Source: Mycobacterium sp.
Lineage (GTDB): Bacteria > Actinomycetota > Actinomycetes > Mycobacteriales > Mycobacteriaceae
Direction: 5' to 3'
NCBI RefSeq assembly: GCF_049802695.1
Contig: NZ_JBARMY010000049.1
Location: forward strand, 1 to 44,703
DNA: 44,703 nucleotides
The stretch's first letter is position 1. Every line of letters starts with the position of its first letter. The notes under the pieces are model-generated. The model worked only from the letters and a program-made list of their open reading frames with translations. It made no database searches and was not told the DNA's origin. The position numbers and the translations under genes were made by a program. Shown here one piece after another: positions 27,991-37,255 of this stretch.

Positions 27991-28842
27991 ATGCAGGAGC
28001 GCACCCTCGAAGCGGTAATCTATCAACGAGATCCGCCAATTGCGCGGATCATCTTGAACCGCGTCGATAAAGCCAACACCAAGGATGCGCAACTGGTCCG
28101 GGAAGTCGACGACTGTCTGCACGAGGCCGATCGCGACAGCGAGATCAGAGTCGTCATCATCAAAGCCAACGGCAACGGCTTCTGCGGTGGGCACGTCGCC
28201 CGCTGGAGCGCCGACGAGAACCCCTACCCGGACTTCGGTGACACGTTCGAGGAGTTGTACAAAGGCACCGCCGACTTGTTCTTGTGGCCGACGCTTTACC
28301 TGTGGGAGTTTCCCAAGCCGACGATTTCGCAGATTCACGGCTACTGCGTGGGCGGCGGCATCTATCTCGGACTGTTGACGGACTTCTGTGTCGCATCCGA
28401 GGACGCGTATTTTCAGATGCCCCTTGCCAAAAGCCTCGGCGAACCGGGCGGGCACACGATGATCGAACCGTGGTTGCTGATGAACTGGCATCGCACGATG
28501 GACTGGCTGTTGCTGGCACCCACCCTGTCGGCGCAGCAAGCCCTCGAGTGGGGGCTGCTGAACAAGGTGGTGGCACGCGAGGACTTGGAAGAGACCGTCG
28601 AGCAGATGGCCCGCACCATCGGCCAAATCCCGCTCACCACCTTGATGGCGGTGAAGAACAACGTCAAACGCGCCTGGGAGCTGATGGGCATGCGGGTTCA
28701 CCTTCAAGTCAGCCACATTTTGACGAACATGGTCGGCGCGGCATCCGACGTCCAGGCCCGGCGCGCCGAGCTCACGCAATCCGGTTTAAATCCCCGCACT
28801 TTCGTCGGCCGTGAGGACGCCGGCCCGTCACAAGATACGTGA
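27991..28842 (+). CDS. Crotonase-superfamily (enoyl-CoA hydratase-like) protein
   Basis: IARIILNRVDKAN, GFCGGH, PKPTISQIHGYCVGGG, ASEDAYF, ALEWGLLNKVV. Confidence 0.92.
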   Translation: MQERTLEAVIYQRDPPIARIILNRVDKANTKDAQLVREVDDCLHEADRDSEIRVVIIKANGNGFCGGHVARWSADENPYPDFGDTFEELYKGTADLFLWPTLYLWEFPKPTISQIHGYCVGGGIYLGLLTDFCVASEDAYFQMPLAKSLGEPGGHTMIEPWLLMNWHRTMDWLLLAPTLSAQQALEWGLLNKVVAREDLEETVEQMARTIGQIPLTTLMAVKNNVKRAWELMGMRVHLQVSHILTNMVGAASDVQARRAELTQSGLNPRTFVGREDAGPSQDT

Positions 28843-30372
28843 AGTGCGTCCCTGCCAATAGCGCTCACGGATGCGGCGTTTGTAGAGCTTGCCATTGGGG
28901 TCCCGAGGCAGCTGTGCGTCGAAATCGACGGTGCGAGGGCACTTGTAGGCAGCCAAGTGGTCTCGGCAATACGCGATGAGTTCTGCGGCCAGGTCCGGCC
29001 CGGGCGTGGCGCCGGTAGCGGGCTGCACGACGGCCTTGACCTCTTCGCCGAATTCCTCGTTGGGCACACCGAACACCGCGGCGTCGACAAGCTTGGGATG
29101 CATGATCAGCAGGTTCTCCGCTTCCTGCGGGTAGATGTTCACACCACCCGAGACAATGGTGAACGTCGACCGATCGGTCAGGTACAGGTAACCGTCGTTG
29201 TCGACATAACCCATATCGCCCAATGTGCGCCAGCCGCGGTCGTTGGACACCGAAGCGGTCTTCTCCGGGTCGTTGAAGTATTCGAACTCCGGCCCGCCTT
29301 CGAAGAACAACTCACCGGACTCTCCAGCCGTCAGCTCAGCGCCGTCGTCACCGAGCACATGAACCGGGCTCAAGGGCTTGCCGACGGAGCCGGGGTGCGC
29401 GAGCCACTCCTGCGGGTCGATCGTCGTACCTGCGAATCCCTCGGTGCCGCCGTAATACTCGTAGATGATGGGCCCGAACCACTTCATCATCCGGTGCTTC
29501 ACGTCCACCGGACACGGGGCGGCCGCGTGCAGCACACATTGCGAGCTGGATACGTCGTAGCGTTCGCGAATCGCGTCGGGAAGCTTGAGCATGCGCACGA
29601 ACATGGTCGGCACGAACTGTGCGTGCGTCACCCGATAGCGTTCGATCAGCCGCAAGACGTCTTCGGCGTCGAATTTGTGCATCAGGATCGCGGCGGCACC
29701 CACCCGGTGCACGGCCATGGTGTAGTTGATGCCCGCCGCATGGTAGAGCGGGGCCGGCGACAGATAAACGCTCTTGTCGGACATGCCATACCGCACAGAA
29801 AGGGTGTACTCCAAAACCTTCTGCGCCCAGGATCCGTTGCCGTCCGCGGGCAGCGGCCGGCGGACCGCCTTGGGCCGTCCAGTGGTGCCCGACGAGTACA
29901 GCATTTCCGATCCGTCCGACAGGGCTGATGAAGGCGGCGCTTCACCCGCGCAGGCCACTGTCTCCGGGTAGGCCCGCCAACCGGGCAGGCTGCCACCGAC
30001 TGCGATGTGTACGTCGACGCCCGCGTTGACCTTTCGGATGTGTGCGGCCAGGTCGGCCATCGATACGTCGACGAACACCGCCGTGGCGCCCGAATCGTCA
30101 ATGACGTAGGCGACTTCGTCGGCAGTGAAGTGGGTGTTGACGGCGGTGTAGTACAGCCCGAAAAGTTGGCATCCCCAACTGATCTCGAAGAACTCGGGCC
30201 GGTTCGGCAAGACCAGTGCCACACCGTCGCCGCGTCGCAGCCCGGCCTGGTGAAGCAGCGAGGCAACTCGTTGGCTGCGGGCGCACAACTCGCCGTACGT
30301 GATGCAGCCGTCGCCGGGCAGTATCAATGCCGGCGACTGTGCGGCCTTCGCCGCGTGGTCGGCGATGTGCAC
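28828..30372 (-). CDS. Acyl-CoA synthetase (FadD4-like)
   Basis: LYSSGTTGRPK, SPAPLYH, HAAAPCP, YYGGTE, SGGVNIYPQE, PRDPNGKLYK. GTG 30372 is just downstream of the upstream gene's stop codon. Confidence 0.93.
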   Translation of the reverse strand: MHIADHAAKAAQSPALILPGDGCITYGELCARSQRVASLLHQAGLRRGDGVALVLPNRPEFFEISWGCQLFGLYYTAVNTHFTADEVAYVIDDSGATAVFVDVSMADLAAHIRKVNAGVDVHIAVGGSLPGWRAYPETVACAGEAPPSSALSDGSEMLYSSGTTGRPKAVRRPLPADGNGSWAQKVLEYTLSVRYGMSDKSVYLSPAPLYHAAGINYTMAVHRVGAAAILMHKFDAEDVLRLIERYRVTHAQFVPTMFVRMLKLPDAIRERYDVSSSQCVLHAAAPCPVDVKHRMMKWFGPIIYEYYGGTEGFAGTTIDPQEWLAHPGSVGKPLSPVHVLGDDGAELTAGESGELFFEGGPEFEYFNDPEKTASVSNDRGWRTLGDMGYVDNDGYLYLTDRSTFTIVSGGVNIYPQEAENLLIMHPKLVDAAVFGVPNEEFGEEVKAVVQPATGATPGPDLAAELIAYCRDHLAAYKCPRTVDFDAQLPRDPNGKLYKRRIRERYWQGRTSRIL

Positions 30373-30380
30373 CGGCGAAC

Positions 30381-31256
30381 CTACTTGGCGGTGGCGCCGT
30401 CGGTCGATGAGGCGGCCGCTGCGGCCTGGCGCCGGGCTTGCTCCGAAGGCAGCACCTTGTCCTTGAACACCTGCTGGATCAACTCCTGCACATCCTTGCT
30501 GACCGACGCGAGCGCCACCAGGTCGTTGGAGCTCTGCCAGTGCACCCGCATCCCCATCAGCTCCCACGCCCGCTTGAGGTTTGCCTTGGTGGCCAGCAGG
30601 GTTGTCATCGGCGCCTGCGCGATATGGCGGGCGATGGCTTCGACACGGGCGTCGAGTTCGTCACGCGGAACGACTTCGTTGACCAGACCGACTTCCAGCG
30701 CCTTCTTGGCGTCGATCACTTCGGCCAGAAACAGGTAATAGGCCGCCCGGCGCCAGTTCATGAAAACCCAAGGCTCGATCGAACACTCACCCGACGGCAT
30801 ACCGAACCCCTGCAGCGGGGGGTAGGAGAAGTAGGCGTCTTCCGACGCGATGACGATGTCGGTGGTCAAACCCATGTGCGTGCCGCCGCCCACGCAGTAG
30901 CCGTGCACTTGGGCGATGGTGGGCTTGGAGAACTCCCACAGGTTCAGCGTCGGCTTGACGAACAAATCCGTTTGCGGTTTCCACGGATGCCCCATTCTCA
31001 TGGCACCTTCGACGAACGCCGGATAGTCGACGGCGTTGTTGCCGATCGCGTGTCCCGAGCAGAAGCCCTTGCCGTTCGCCTTCAGGACCAGAACTTTGAT
31101 GTCGTAGTCCCGATCGGCGTCCAGCAGGGCCGCGTCCACCTCCTCGGCCAGCTTCTGATCCTGGGCGTTGGCTTTCTCGGGCCAGTTGAGCGTGATGCGT
31201 GCGATCGGTCCTTCTTTTTCGTAGATGATTCGCTCGCGCGTCTCGCTGACATCCAT
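30381..31256 (-). CDS. Crotonase-superfamily (enoyl-CoA hydratase-like) protein
   Basis: IARITLNWPEKANAQ, GFCSGH, KPTIAQVHGYCVGGG, ASEDAYF. AAGGGAG precedes ATG 31256. Confidence 0.92.
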   Translation of the reverse strand: MDVSETRERIIYEKEGPIARITLNWPEKANAQDQKLAEEVDAALLDADRDYDIKVLVLKANGKGFCSGHAIGNNAVDYPAFVEGAMRMGHPWKPQTDLFVKPTLNLWEFSKPTIAQVHGYCVGGGTHMGLTTDIVIASEDAYFSYPPLQGFGMPSGECSIEPWVFMNWRRAAYYLFLAEVIDAKKALEVGLVNEVVPRDELDARVEAIARHIAQAPMTTLLATKANLKRAWELMGMRVHWQSSNDLVALASVSKDVQELIQQVFKDKVLPSEQARRQAAAAASSTDGATAK

Positions 31257-31325
31257 CCGCTGCTCCCTTTCGCTGACTCCGCTACGACGTGACGAGCTCC
31301 GGCGCCACCAAGTCACACACCGGAC

Positions 31326-32189
31326 TTACACTCCCGACCAGGGCTTGACCTTGAGGAAACCGCCGGCGTCGACACGCAATTGCTGGCCGGTGATGTATCG
31401 GGCGGCGTCGCTGGCGAGAAACACCACCGCCTCGCTGATGTCTTCGGGCTCCACATAGGGAATCGGCATCGCCTGGATCACCGGAAACACGAGTTCAGCA
31501 TCTTCTCTGCCCGGGTTCTGCAAATCGGGCCGGAAAGCACGGTACATCGGCGGGCTGTGCAGCATGTCCGTGTTGCAGTTCGTCGGGTGGATCGCATTCA
31601 TCCGGATGGACTTGGGCGCCAGCTGCAGCGCGAAATCGTTGACGTAGTGAGCGACAACCAGTTTGGAGAACGCATACCCGGCGCCCCCGGGTCCGCCATC
31701 GATACCGCTGGTGTTCATCGAGGCCATGAACGCCGCAACCGAGCCGGTGACGACGATCGACGCGCCGGCCTGCAGGTGTTTCAGACTCGCGTGCACGAGG
31801 TTGATGACTCCGACCAGATCGACGTCGACGGCGTCGGCGAACGCGACAGGTGGCAGGCCCGCGGTCAGCGGTGCGATACCCGCGTTCGCCACCACGATGT
31901 CGAGACCACCGAATTCCGCGACGCCCTGATCGATAGCGGCGGACAGGGCCTTGCGGTCGCGGACGTCGGCGATCTGGGTGAATGCGCGCTGGCCCTCCTT
32001 CTCCACCAGTCGCGCCGTCTCATCGAGGTCCTCCGGGCGGGCCAGCGGGTATTCGTTGGTTTCAATGTCTTCACACAGATCCACCGCGATGATGTCAGCG
32101 CCCTCCGCGGCGAGCATTCGAGCATGCGAACGCCCCTGTCCGCGCGCGGCTCCACTGATCACCGCGACCTTGCCCGTCACTCTGCCCAT
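31326..32189 (-). CDS. Mycofactocin-coupled SDR oxidoreductase (carveol dehydrogenase-like subfamily)
   Basis: GAARGQGRSHA..LAAEGADIIAVDLC plus the subfamily insertion EDIETNEYPLARPEDL; NAG; YAFSK. Confidence 0.9.
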   Translation of the reverse strand: MGRVTGKVAVISGAARGQGRSHARMLAAEGADIIAVDLCEDIETNEYPLARPEDLDETARLVEKEGQRAFTQIADVRDRKALSAAIDQGVAEFGGLDIVVANAGIAPLTAGLPPVAFADAVDVDLVGVINLVHASLKHLQAGASIVVTGSVAAFMASMNTSGIDGGPGGAGYAFSKLVVAHYVNDFALQLAPKSIRMNAIHPTNCNTDMLHSPPMYRAFRPDLQNPGREDAELVFPVIQAMPIPYVEPEDISEAVVFLASDAARYITGQQLRVDAGGFLKVKPWSGV

Positions 32190-32315
32190 GGCCGATCCTT
32201 TCCGTAAATCAACGCCGATCCACGTTGCTGCTCAACTCGATTGGCGGCGGAGTTCATCGCATCTCTTCCGCGAAGCTGCATAACGGCAGGCACAGCACCA
32301 AGGACTCAATGGTAT

Positions 32316-32333
32316 CTAGAATACTAAAAATAG
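32316..32333 (-). promoter_or_regulatory. Cluster motif, copy 5
   Basis: Minus strand CTATTTTTA-GTATTCTAG; 16 of 18 positions identical to copy 2. Confidence 0.72.
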
Positions 32334-32475
32334 AGAAGAAAGGGCGCGGTTCGGCTCGGCCGGCCAGCAAGGCGCCAGCATCGTTGATCCGACGTCGTTG
32401 TCGTTGACCAAGAATCCGTTCAACCGTAGAGTCCGGCGTGGGCCGCAGCCAACGCATGAACGCGAATGGGACGAC

Positions 32476-33633
32476 GTGGACTTCTCTTACCCGACGGAGC
32501 TGGAACATTTCCGCGACGAGCTGCGGGCGTGGCTGATGGCAAATCTCACCGAAGACATCGTGGCCGCCGGCCGAAGCCGCAGCTCCGATCCGCGCCGGTT
32601 CGAAACGCTACGCGGGTGGAACCGCATCACCGCGGACGCAGGCTGGGCAGCCGTGTCGTGGCCCGTCGAGTACGGCGGCCGGGGCGCTACCCTGCTCGAG
32701 CAGCTGGTGCATGCCGAGGAGATGACGCGGGCGCGGGCACCCGTGCCGCTCAACGTCATCGGGATCAACAACATCGCGCCGGCGGTCATGCATTACGGGA
32801 CCGAGTCACAGAAGCGCACGCTGCTTCCGCGAATGCTGCGGGCCGACGACATCTGGTGCCAGGGCATGTCGGAACCCGAAGCCGGATCTGATCTCGCCTC
32901 GCTGCGTACCCGCGCGGTTCGGGACGGCGATGACGACCGAGCCGACTTCATCGTCAACGGGCAAAAGATCTGGACGTCGCTGGGCCACCGCGCCGACTGG
33001 TGCCAACTGTACGTGCGCACTGACCCCGAGGCGCCCAAACACAAAGGCATCTCATGCCTGATCGTGAACATGAACTTGGCAGGGATCCAAGTGCGCCCAC
33101 TCGTCACGTTGACCGGGTCGGATGACTTCGCCGAGGTGTTCTTCACCGACGTGCGGGTACCGGCCGGCTCGCTGCTGGGTCCGCTGAACAAGGGCTGGCA
33201 GGTCGCCACCACCACACTCAGCTACGAACGTGCGGGAGCGGCAAAGCTTTACGCCGAGCTGCAGGCGCGGCTGGAGGAGCTGACTGCCGACCTGTCCTGC
33301 AGTGACGCAGCGCTCGAGGATCCGGTAACGCTTCGGCGACTGGGCGAGATCGCTGTGCGCATCAAGTACCTGGAGGTGCTGTGCCAACGGTCGATCTCAG
33401 CGGCATTGCATGGTCGCGATTCGTTCGATTCGGCCGGCCTGGCCAAGACGGTGTGGGGTGAAGTTGGCCAAGACCTCGCCGCCCTGGCATTCGACACCCT
33501 CGGGCCGGCAGCAGCACGCGGCCGTTGGGCAGACTATCGACTGTCGTCACGGTCACTGACCATCGCCGGCGGCACGACCCAGGTCAACAAAAACATCACC
33601 GCTCAGCGCGTCCTGGGCCTGCCGCGCCGATGA
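32476..33633 (+). CDS. Acyl-CoA dehydrogenase, alpha subunit
   Basis: (M)DFSYP N-terminus from GTG 32476, WCQGMSEPEAGSD, NGQKIWTS, LSYER, IAGGTTQVNKN. Confidence 0.93.
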   Translation: MDFSYPTELEHFRDELRAWLMANLTEDIVAAGRSRSSDPRRFETLRGWNRITADAGWAAVSWPVEYGGRGATLLEQLVHAEEMTRARAPVPLNVIGINNIAPAVMHYGTESQKRTLLPRMLRADDIWCQGMSEPEAGSDLASLRTRAVRDGDDDRADFIVNGQKIWTSLGHRADWCQLYVRTDPEAPKHKGISCLIVNMNLAGIQVRPLVTLTGSDDFAEVFFTDVRVPAGSLLGPLNKGWQVATTTLSYERAGAAKLYAELQARLEELTADLSCSDAALEDPVTLRRLGEIAVRIKYLEVLCQRSISAALHGRDSFDSAGLAKTVWGEVGQDLAALAFDTLGPAAARGRWADYRLSSRSLTIAGGTTQVNKNITAQRVLGLPRR

Positions 33634-34766
33634 ACCTCGAGCTCACCGCTGAGCAGCAGGCACTGCGGGATACCGTGCGCCGCTTCGTGGCCGCAAAAGC
33701 CGACATCGCAACCTATGTGCGCAAAGCACTCGACACGCCGATCGATGCCCGGGATCGGGAGGGCGCAAAGGGTCGCGCAAAAGACGAAGTGTGGCGCGGT
33801 CTCGCCGATCTCGGAGGGACAGCCGTCCTTGTGCCGCCGGAGTACGACGGCGCCGGCATGGCCATGCTCGAAGCCGGCATCGTCGCCGAGGAGCTCGGTG
33901 CTGCGCTGTACCCCGGGCCGTGGTTGTCGTGCGCGGTCGCGGCCACCCGGGCCCTGACACGAACGGGCCCCAGCGACAACGCCGCGACGCTGCTGACTGG
34001 CATCAGCGACGGTTCCACCATCGCGACCCTCGGCCTTCCCTCCGGACACCGCCCGACTGTCACTCAAGGCGTTGACGGGTGGGTGCTGAGCGGTGCCGTC
34101 GCGTCGGTGCCCGACTTCGCAGTCGCCGACGTCGCACTGGTGCTGGCCGACGGTTCTGACGGCATCGCTCTTTGCGCTGTCGAGACGTCTTCCCACGGCC
34201 TGGAAATCACTCCGCAGCACGACGTCGACCCGACGCGTCAACTGTTCAATATCACGCTCGATGCGGTGCCGGCGCAGCGGATCGCACCGGCCTCGCCGGA
34301 GGCTATCCAAGCCGTGACCGACGACGTACTGGTCGCGCGCGCCGCCGACGCCTTGGGTGCTGCCCGAGCAGTGCTGCAGCTGGCCGTCGAGCACGCCAAG
34401 GTACGCCACCAATTCGGCCAGCCGATCGGCAGTTTCCAGGCGGTTCAACATCTGTGCGTCGACATGTATGAAACGGTCGAGTTGGCTCGCGGCGGCGTCA
34501 TCCACGCGCTGTGGGCCGCCGATGTCGCCGCGCCCGATGAAAGGCACCTGGCCGCGGTCCGGACGAAAGCGTTCGCGGCCAGGCTGGCCACCGTTGGTGA
34601 CACCGCCATTCAGGTGCTGGGCGGCGTCGGCTACACCTGGGAGCACGATGCCCACCTCTACCTGCGGCGTCTATTGAGCTGGAGCGCCTTTCTCGGCAGC
34701 TCCGACGTGTACCTCACCGAAGTCGGTGCGCGACTTGCGCAATCGGTCACCCGGGCGCGTCACTGA
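33630..34766 (+). CDS. Acyl-CoA dehydrogenase, beta subunit
   Basis: MNLELTAEQ, RHQFGQPIGSFQAVQH, QVLGGVGYTWEHDAHLYLRR; ATGA overlap. Confidence 0.92.
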   Translation: MNLELTAEQQALRDTVRRFVAAKADIATYVRKALDTPIDARDREGAKGRAKDEVWRGLADLGGTAVLVPPEYDGAGMAMLEAGIVAEELGAALYPGPWLSCAVAATRALTRTGPSDNAATLLTGISDGSTIATLGLPSGHRPTVTQGVDGWVLSGAVASVPDFAVADVALVLADGSDGIALCAVETSSHGLEITPQHDVDPTRQLFNITLDAVPAQRIAPASPEAIQAVTDDVLVARAADALGAARAVLQLAVEHAKVRHQFGQPIGSFQAVQHLCVDMYETVELARGGVIHALWAADVAAPDERHLAAVRTKAFAARLATVGDTAIQVLGGVGYTWEHDAHLYLRRLLSWSAFLGSSDVYLTEVGARLAQSVTRARH

Positions 34767-34791
34767 TAAATAAACAGCGGAAGGTAGGCAG

Positions 34792-36012
34792 ATGGCAGGC
34801 GTGCTGACGGGGGTCCGGGTCGTCGAGCTGGCAACGTGGATGTATGTGCCGGCGGCCGGCGTCGCGCTGGCGGAGTGGGGTGCCGACGTCATCAAGGTCG
34901 AAAGTGTCAGCAGCGGTGACCCACAACGGGCGCTCGTGGTCGGTGGCTTCACCCGGCAGGCCGCCCGGGCTAACGTGGACTTCCTACTCGAGATGGGAAA
35001 CCGCGGGAAGCGGAGCATCGCAATCGATCTCAAAAGCGAGACCGGACGCCAGCTGTTCGGCCGGCTGCTGGCCCGAGCTGACGTGCTGCTCACCAACTGG
35101 CTGCCGGCGGCGCTGGAACGGGCCCACCTGACGGTCGAGGACATTCGCGCGTTCAACCCGAATATCATCATCGCCCGCGGAACCGGGCTGGGTATGCGAG
35201 GACCGGACCGCGACCACGGCGGCTTCGACGCCGCAACCTATCTGGCCCGTGGCGGCGTGGCCTACACCCTGACCCCGTTCGGCACCCCCGACCCGGCTGT
35301 GCAGGGTCCCGCATTCGGCGACCTACAGGCCGGCGTCACCCTGGCGGGCGGGGTGTGCGGGGCCTTGTTTCACCGGGAGCGGACCGGAAAACCGACGGTC
35401 GTCGACTCGTCATTGCTGGCGCAGGCCATGTGGAGCATCGCGCCATCCATCTCGGTCGCCGACCTCTTCGGAATCGACGGAATCCCAGGAGCGCCACCGG
35501 GACTGGCGATCAACCCCCTCGTCGCCAGATACCGGACCAAAGACAGCCGTTGGATCCAACTGGTGTTCCTGCAACCCGACAAGTTCTGGGCCGGCTTCTG
35601 CGGACGGATCGGCTTGCCCGAGCTGGCCACCGACGAGCGCTTCGTACCGTCGTCGAATCTGGTGGCCAACGCCGCCGAGGCGACCGCCCTGATCGCCGCG
35701 AAATTCGCCGAGCACGACTTGTCGCATTGGCGTCAGGCGCTTGCCGATGAGCCGGGGGTGTGGGCACCGTTGGCGACGCCGAAAGAGACACTCAACGATC
35801 CGCAAAGCGAACCCAACGGATACCTGGTGCGACACGTCGACGATCAGGGCACCGAATACGTGATGGTCGCCGCGCCGGTGCAGTACGACGAGACACCGCC
35901 GTCACCGGCGCGCGCCCCGGAACATGGCCAGCACACCGAAGAGATCTTGCTCGAACTCGGGCTGGACTGGGATGAAATAGCCGCGGCGAAGGACACCGGC
36001 GCGATCCTCTGA
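34792..36012 (+). CDS. Class III (CaiB/BaiF) CoA-transferase
   Basis: LTGVRVVEL, WGADVIKVE, NRGKRS, AFGD (catalytic Asp position), APEHGQHTEEIL. Confidence 0.93.
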   Translation: MAGVLTGVRVVELATWMYVPAAGVALAEWGADVIKVESVSSGDPQRALVVGGFTRQAARANVDFLLEMGNRGKRSIAIDLKSETGRQLFGRLLARADVLLTNWLPAALERAHLTVEDIRAFNPNIIIARGTGLGMRGPDRDHGGFDAATYLARGGVAYTLTPFGTPDPAVQGPAFGDLQAGVTLAGGVCGALFHRERTGKPTVVDSSLLAQAMWSIAPSISVADLFGIDGIPGAPPGLAINPLVARYRTKDSRWIQLVFLQPDKFWAGFCGRIGLPELATDERFVPSSNLVANAAEATALIAAKFAEHDLSHWRQALADEPGVWAPLATPKETLNDPQSEPNGYLVRHVDDQGTEYVMVAAPVQYDETPPSPARAPEHGQHTEEILLELGLDWDEIAAAKDTGAIL

Positions 36013-36013
36013 A

Positions 36014-37255
36014 TCAGGTCGACTTGCCGTGCCGCACCTGCTTGAACGGCACCCCGCGGTCGGCGGCGTATTCGCGCGGGAAGTTCAGCACTCGTTCTGC
36101 GATGACGTTGCGGGCCATCTCCGTAGTGCCGCCACCCATGGCCACCGTCTGCCGCGACAAGTACCGCAATCCGGTTTCCAGACCCTCACCTTCGGCACCC
36201 ACCACCCCGGCCGTCCCCGTGATCGCCAGCGCGGTGTCGACGTCCAACGTGACGGTGTCAGAGTGAAATAGGCGTATCAGCGTTCCGCCCGCCGGCGGCA
36301 GAGCACCATCGCGGACCCGGCGGTACACCGACCCGGCCAACTGGTCGCTCACGGCGCGGTGTACCAGCGCGCGGCCGGCCAACTCCCGCACCCGTTCGTT
36401 GTCGGCCTGACCGGTGCGCTGGGCCAGCGCGACGTAGTCGACCGGCGTTGCGCGGCCGCCTTCGCTGCCGCTCCCGCTGGCGAATTCGGACCCCTGGCCG
36501 ACCGCGCGGCGCTCGTGGTACAGCTGCCTGGACGCCACCGCCCAGCCGTTGTCGACCTCGTCGACGACGGCGTCGTCACCGACCTCGACGCCGTCGAGGA
36601 ACTCCTCGCAGAATTCGCTGGAGCCGTTGACCTGGGTGATGCGCCGCAAGGTGATTCCCCGATCGGCGATCGGCACCAGGAACATCGTCAGCCCCTCATG
36701 CTTGGGCACGTCCCAGTTGGTGCGGGCCAGACACAGTCCGTAGTCGGCGGCGAAAGCACTGGTAGTCCAGGTCTTTGCGCCGTTGATGATCCAGCGGTCG
36801 CCCGCGCGCTCGGCACGGGTCAGCACACCGGCCAGATCTGATCCTCCGCTCGGCTCCGACAACAGCTGCACCAACACCTCGTCACCACGCAGAGCAGCGG
36901 CGATGTGCTGTTTCTTCTGTTCCTCGCTGCCGGTGTCGAGCAACGTGGCGCAGCAGATCGTGAACGTCGGAGTGTTCAGGATCAGCGGCATCTCATAGCT
37001 GAGACTCTCTTGGTCGAATGCCCGCTGGTATTCGTAATCCAAGCCGAGACCGCCGTATTCGCGCGGGAAGCAGATGCCGGCGAACCCGCCTTCGTACAGC
37101 CGCTTCTGCAATTCGCGGGCGCGCTGCCAGCTGCGTTCGTCGTCTCGGGGAGCAGCCGGTGGTGCGGCGGGGTCGATCTGCGGCAGATTGTCGGCCAGCC
37201 ACTCCTTCACCCGGGCACGAAACTCTTCGACCGATTCGCTTTCGCGGTTCGTCAT
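36014..37255 (-). CDS. Acyl-CoA dehydrogenase, alpha subunit
   Basis: LSEPSGGSD, NGAKTWT, LYHER, GGGTTEMARNVI. Confidence 0.93.
   Translation of the reverse strand: MTNRESESVEEFRARVKEWLADNLPQIDPAAPPAAPRDDERSWQRARELQKRLYEGGFAGICFPREYGGLGLDYEYQRAFDQESLSYEMPLILNTPTFTICCATLLDTGSEEQKKQHIAAALRGDEVLVQLLSEPSGGSDLAGVLTRAERAGDRWIINGAKTWTTSAFAADYGLCLARTNWDVPKHEGLTMFLVPIADRGITLRRITQVNGSSEFCEEFLDGVEVGDDAVVDEVDNGWAVASRQLYHERRAVGQGSEFASGSGSEGGRATPVDYVALAQRTGQADNERVRELAGRALVHRAVSDQLAGSVYRRVRDGALPPAGGTLIRLFHSDTVTLDVDTALAITGTAGVVGAEGEGLETGLRYLSRQTVAMGGGTTEMARNVIAERVLNFPREYAADRGVPFKQVRHGKST

Noticed and set aside
32190..32475. Hidden small gene in the 286-bp divergent gap
   Set aside because: Candidate ORFs have no RBS or motifs and run across the AT-rich operator-like site.
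33761..33783. Short imperfect duplication (GGCGCAAAG / CGCGCAAAAG) in an ACAD beta gene
   Set aside because: It is in frame, in a variable loop, and too short to separate from chance.
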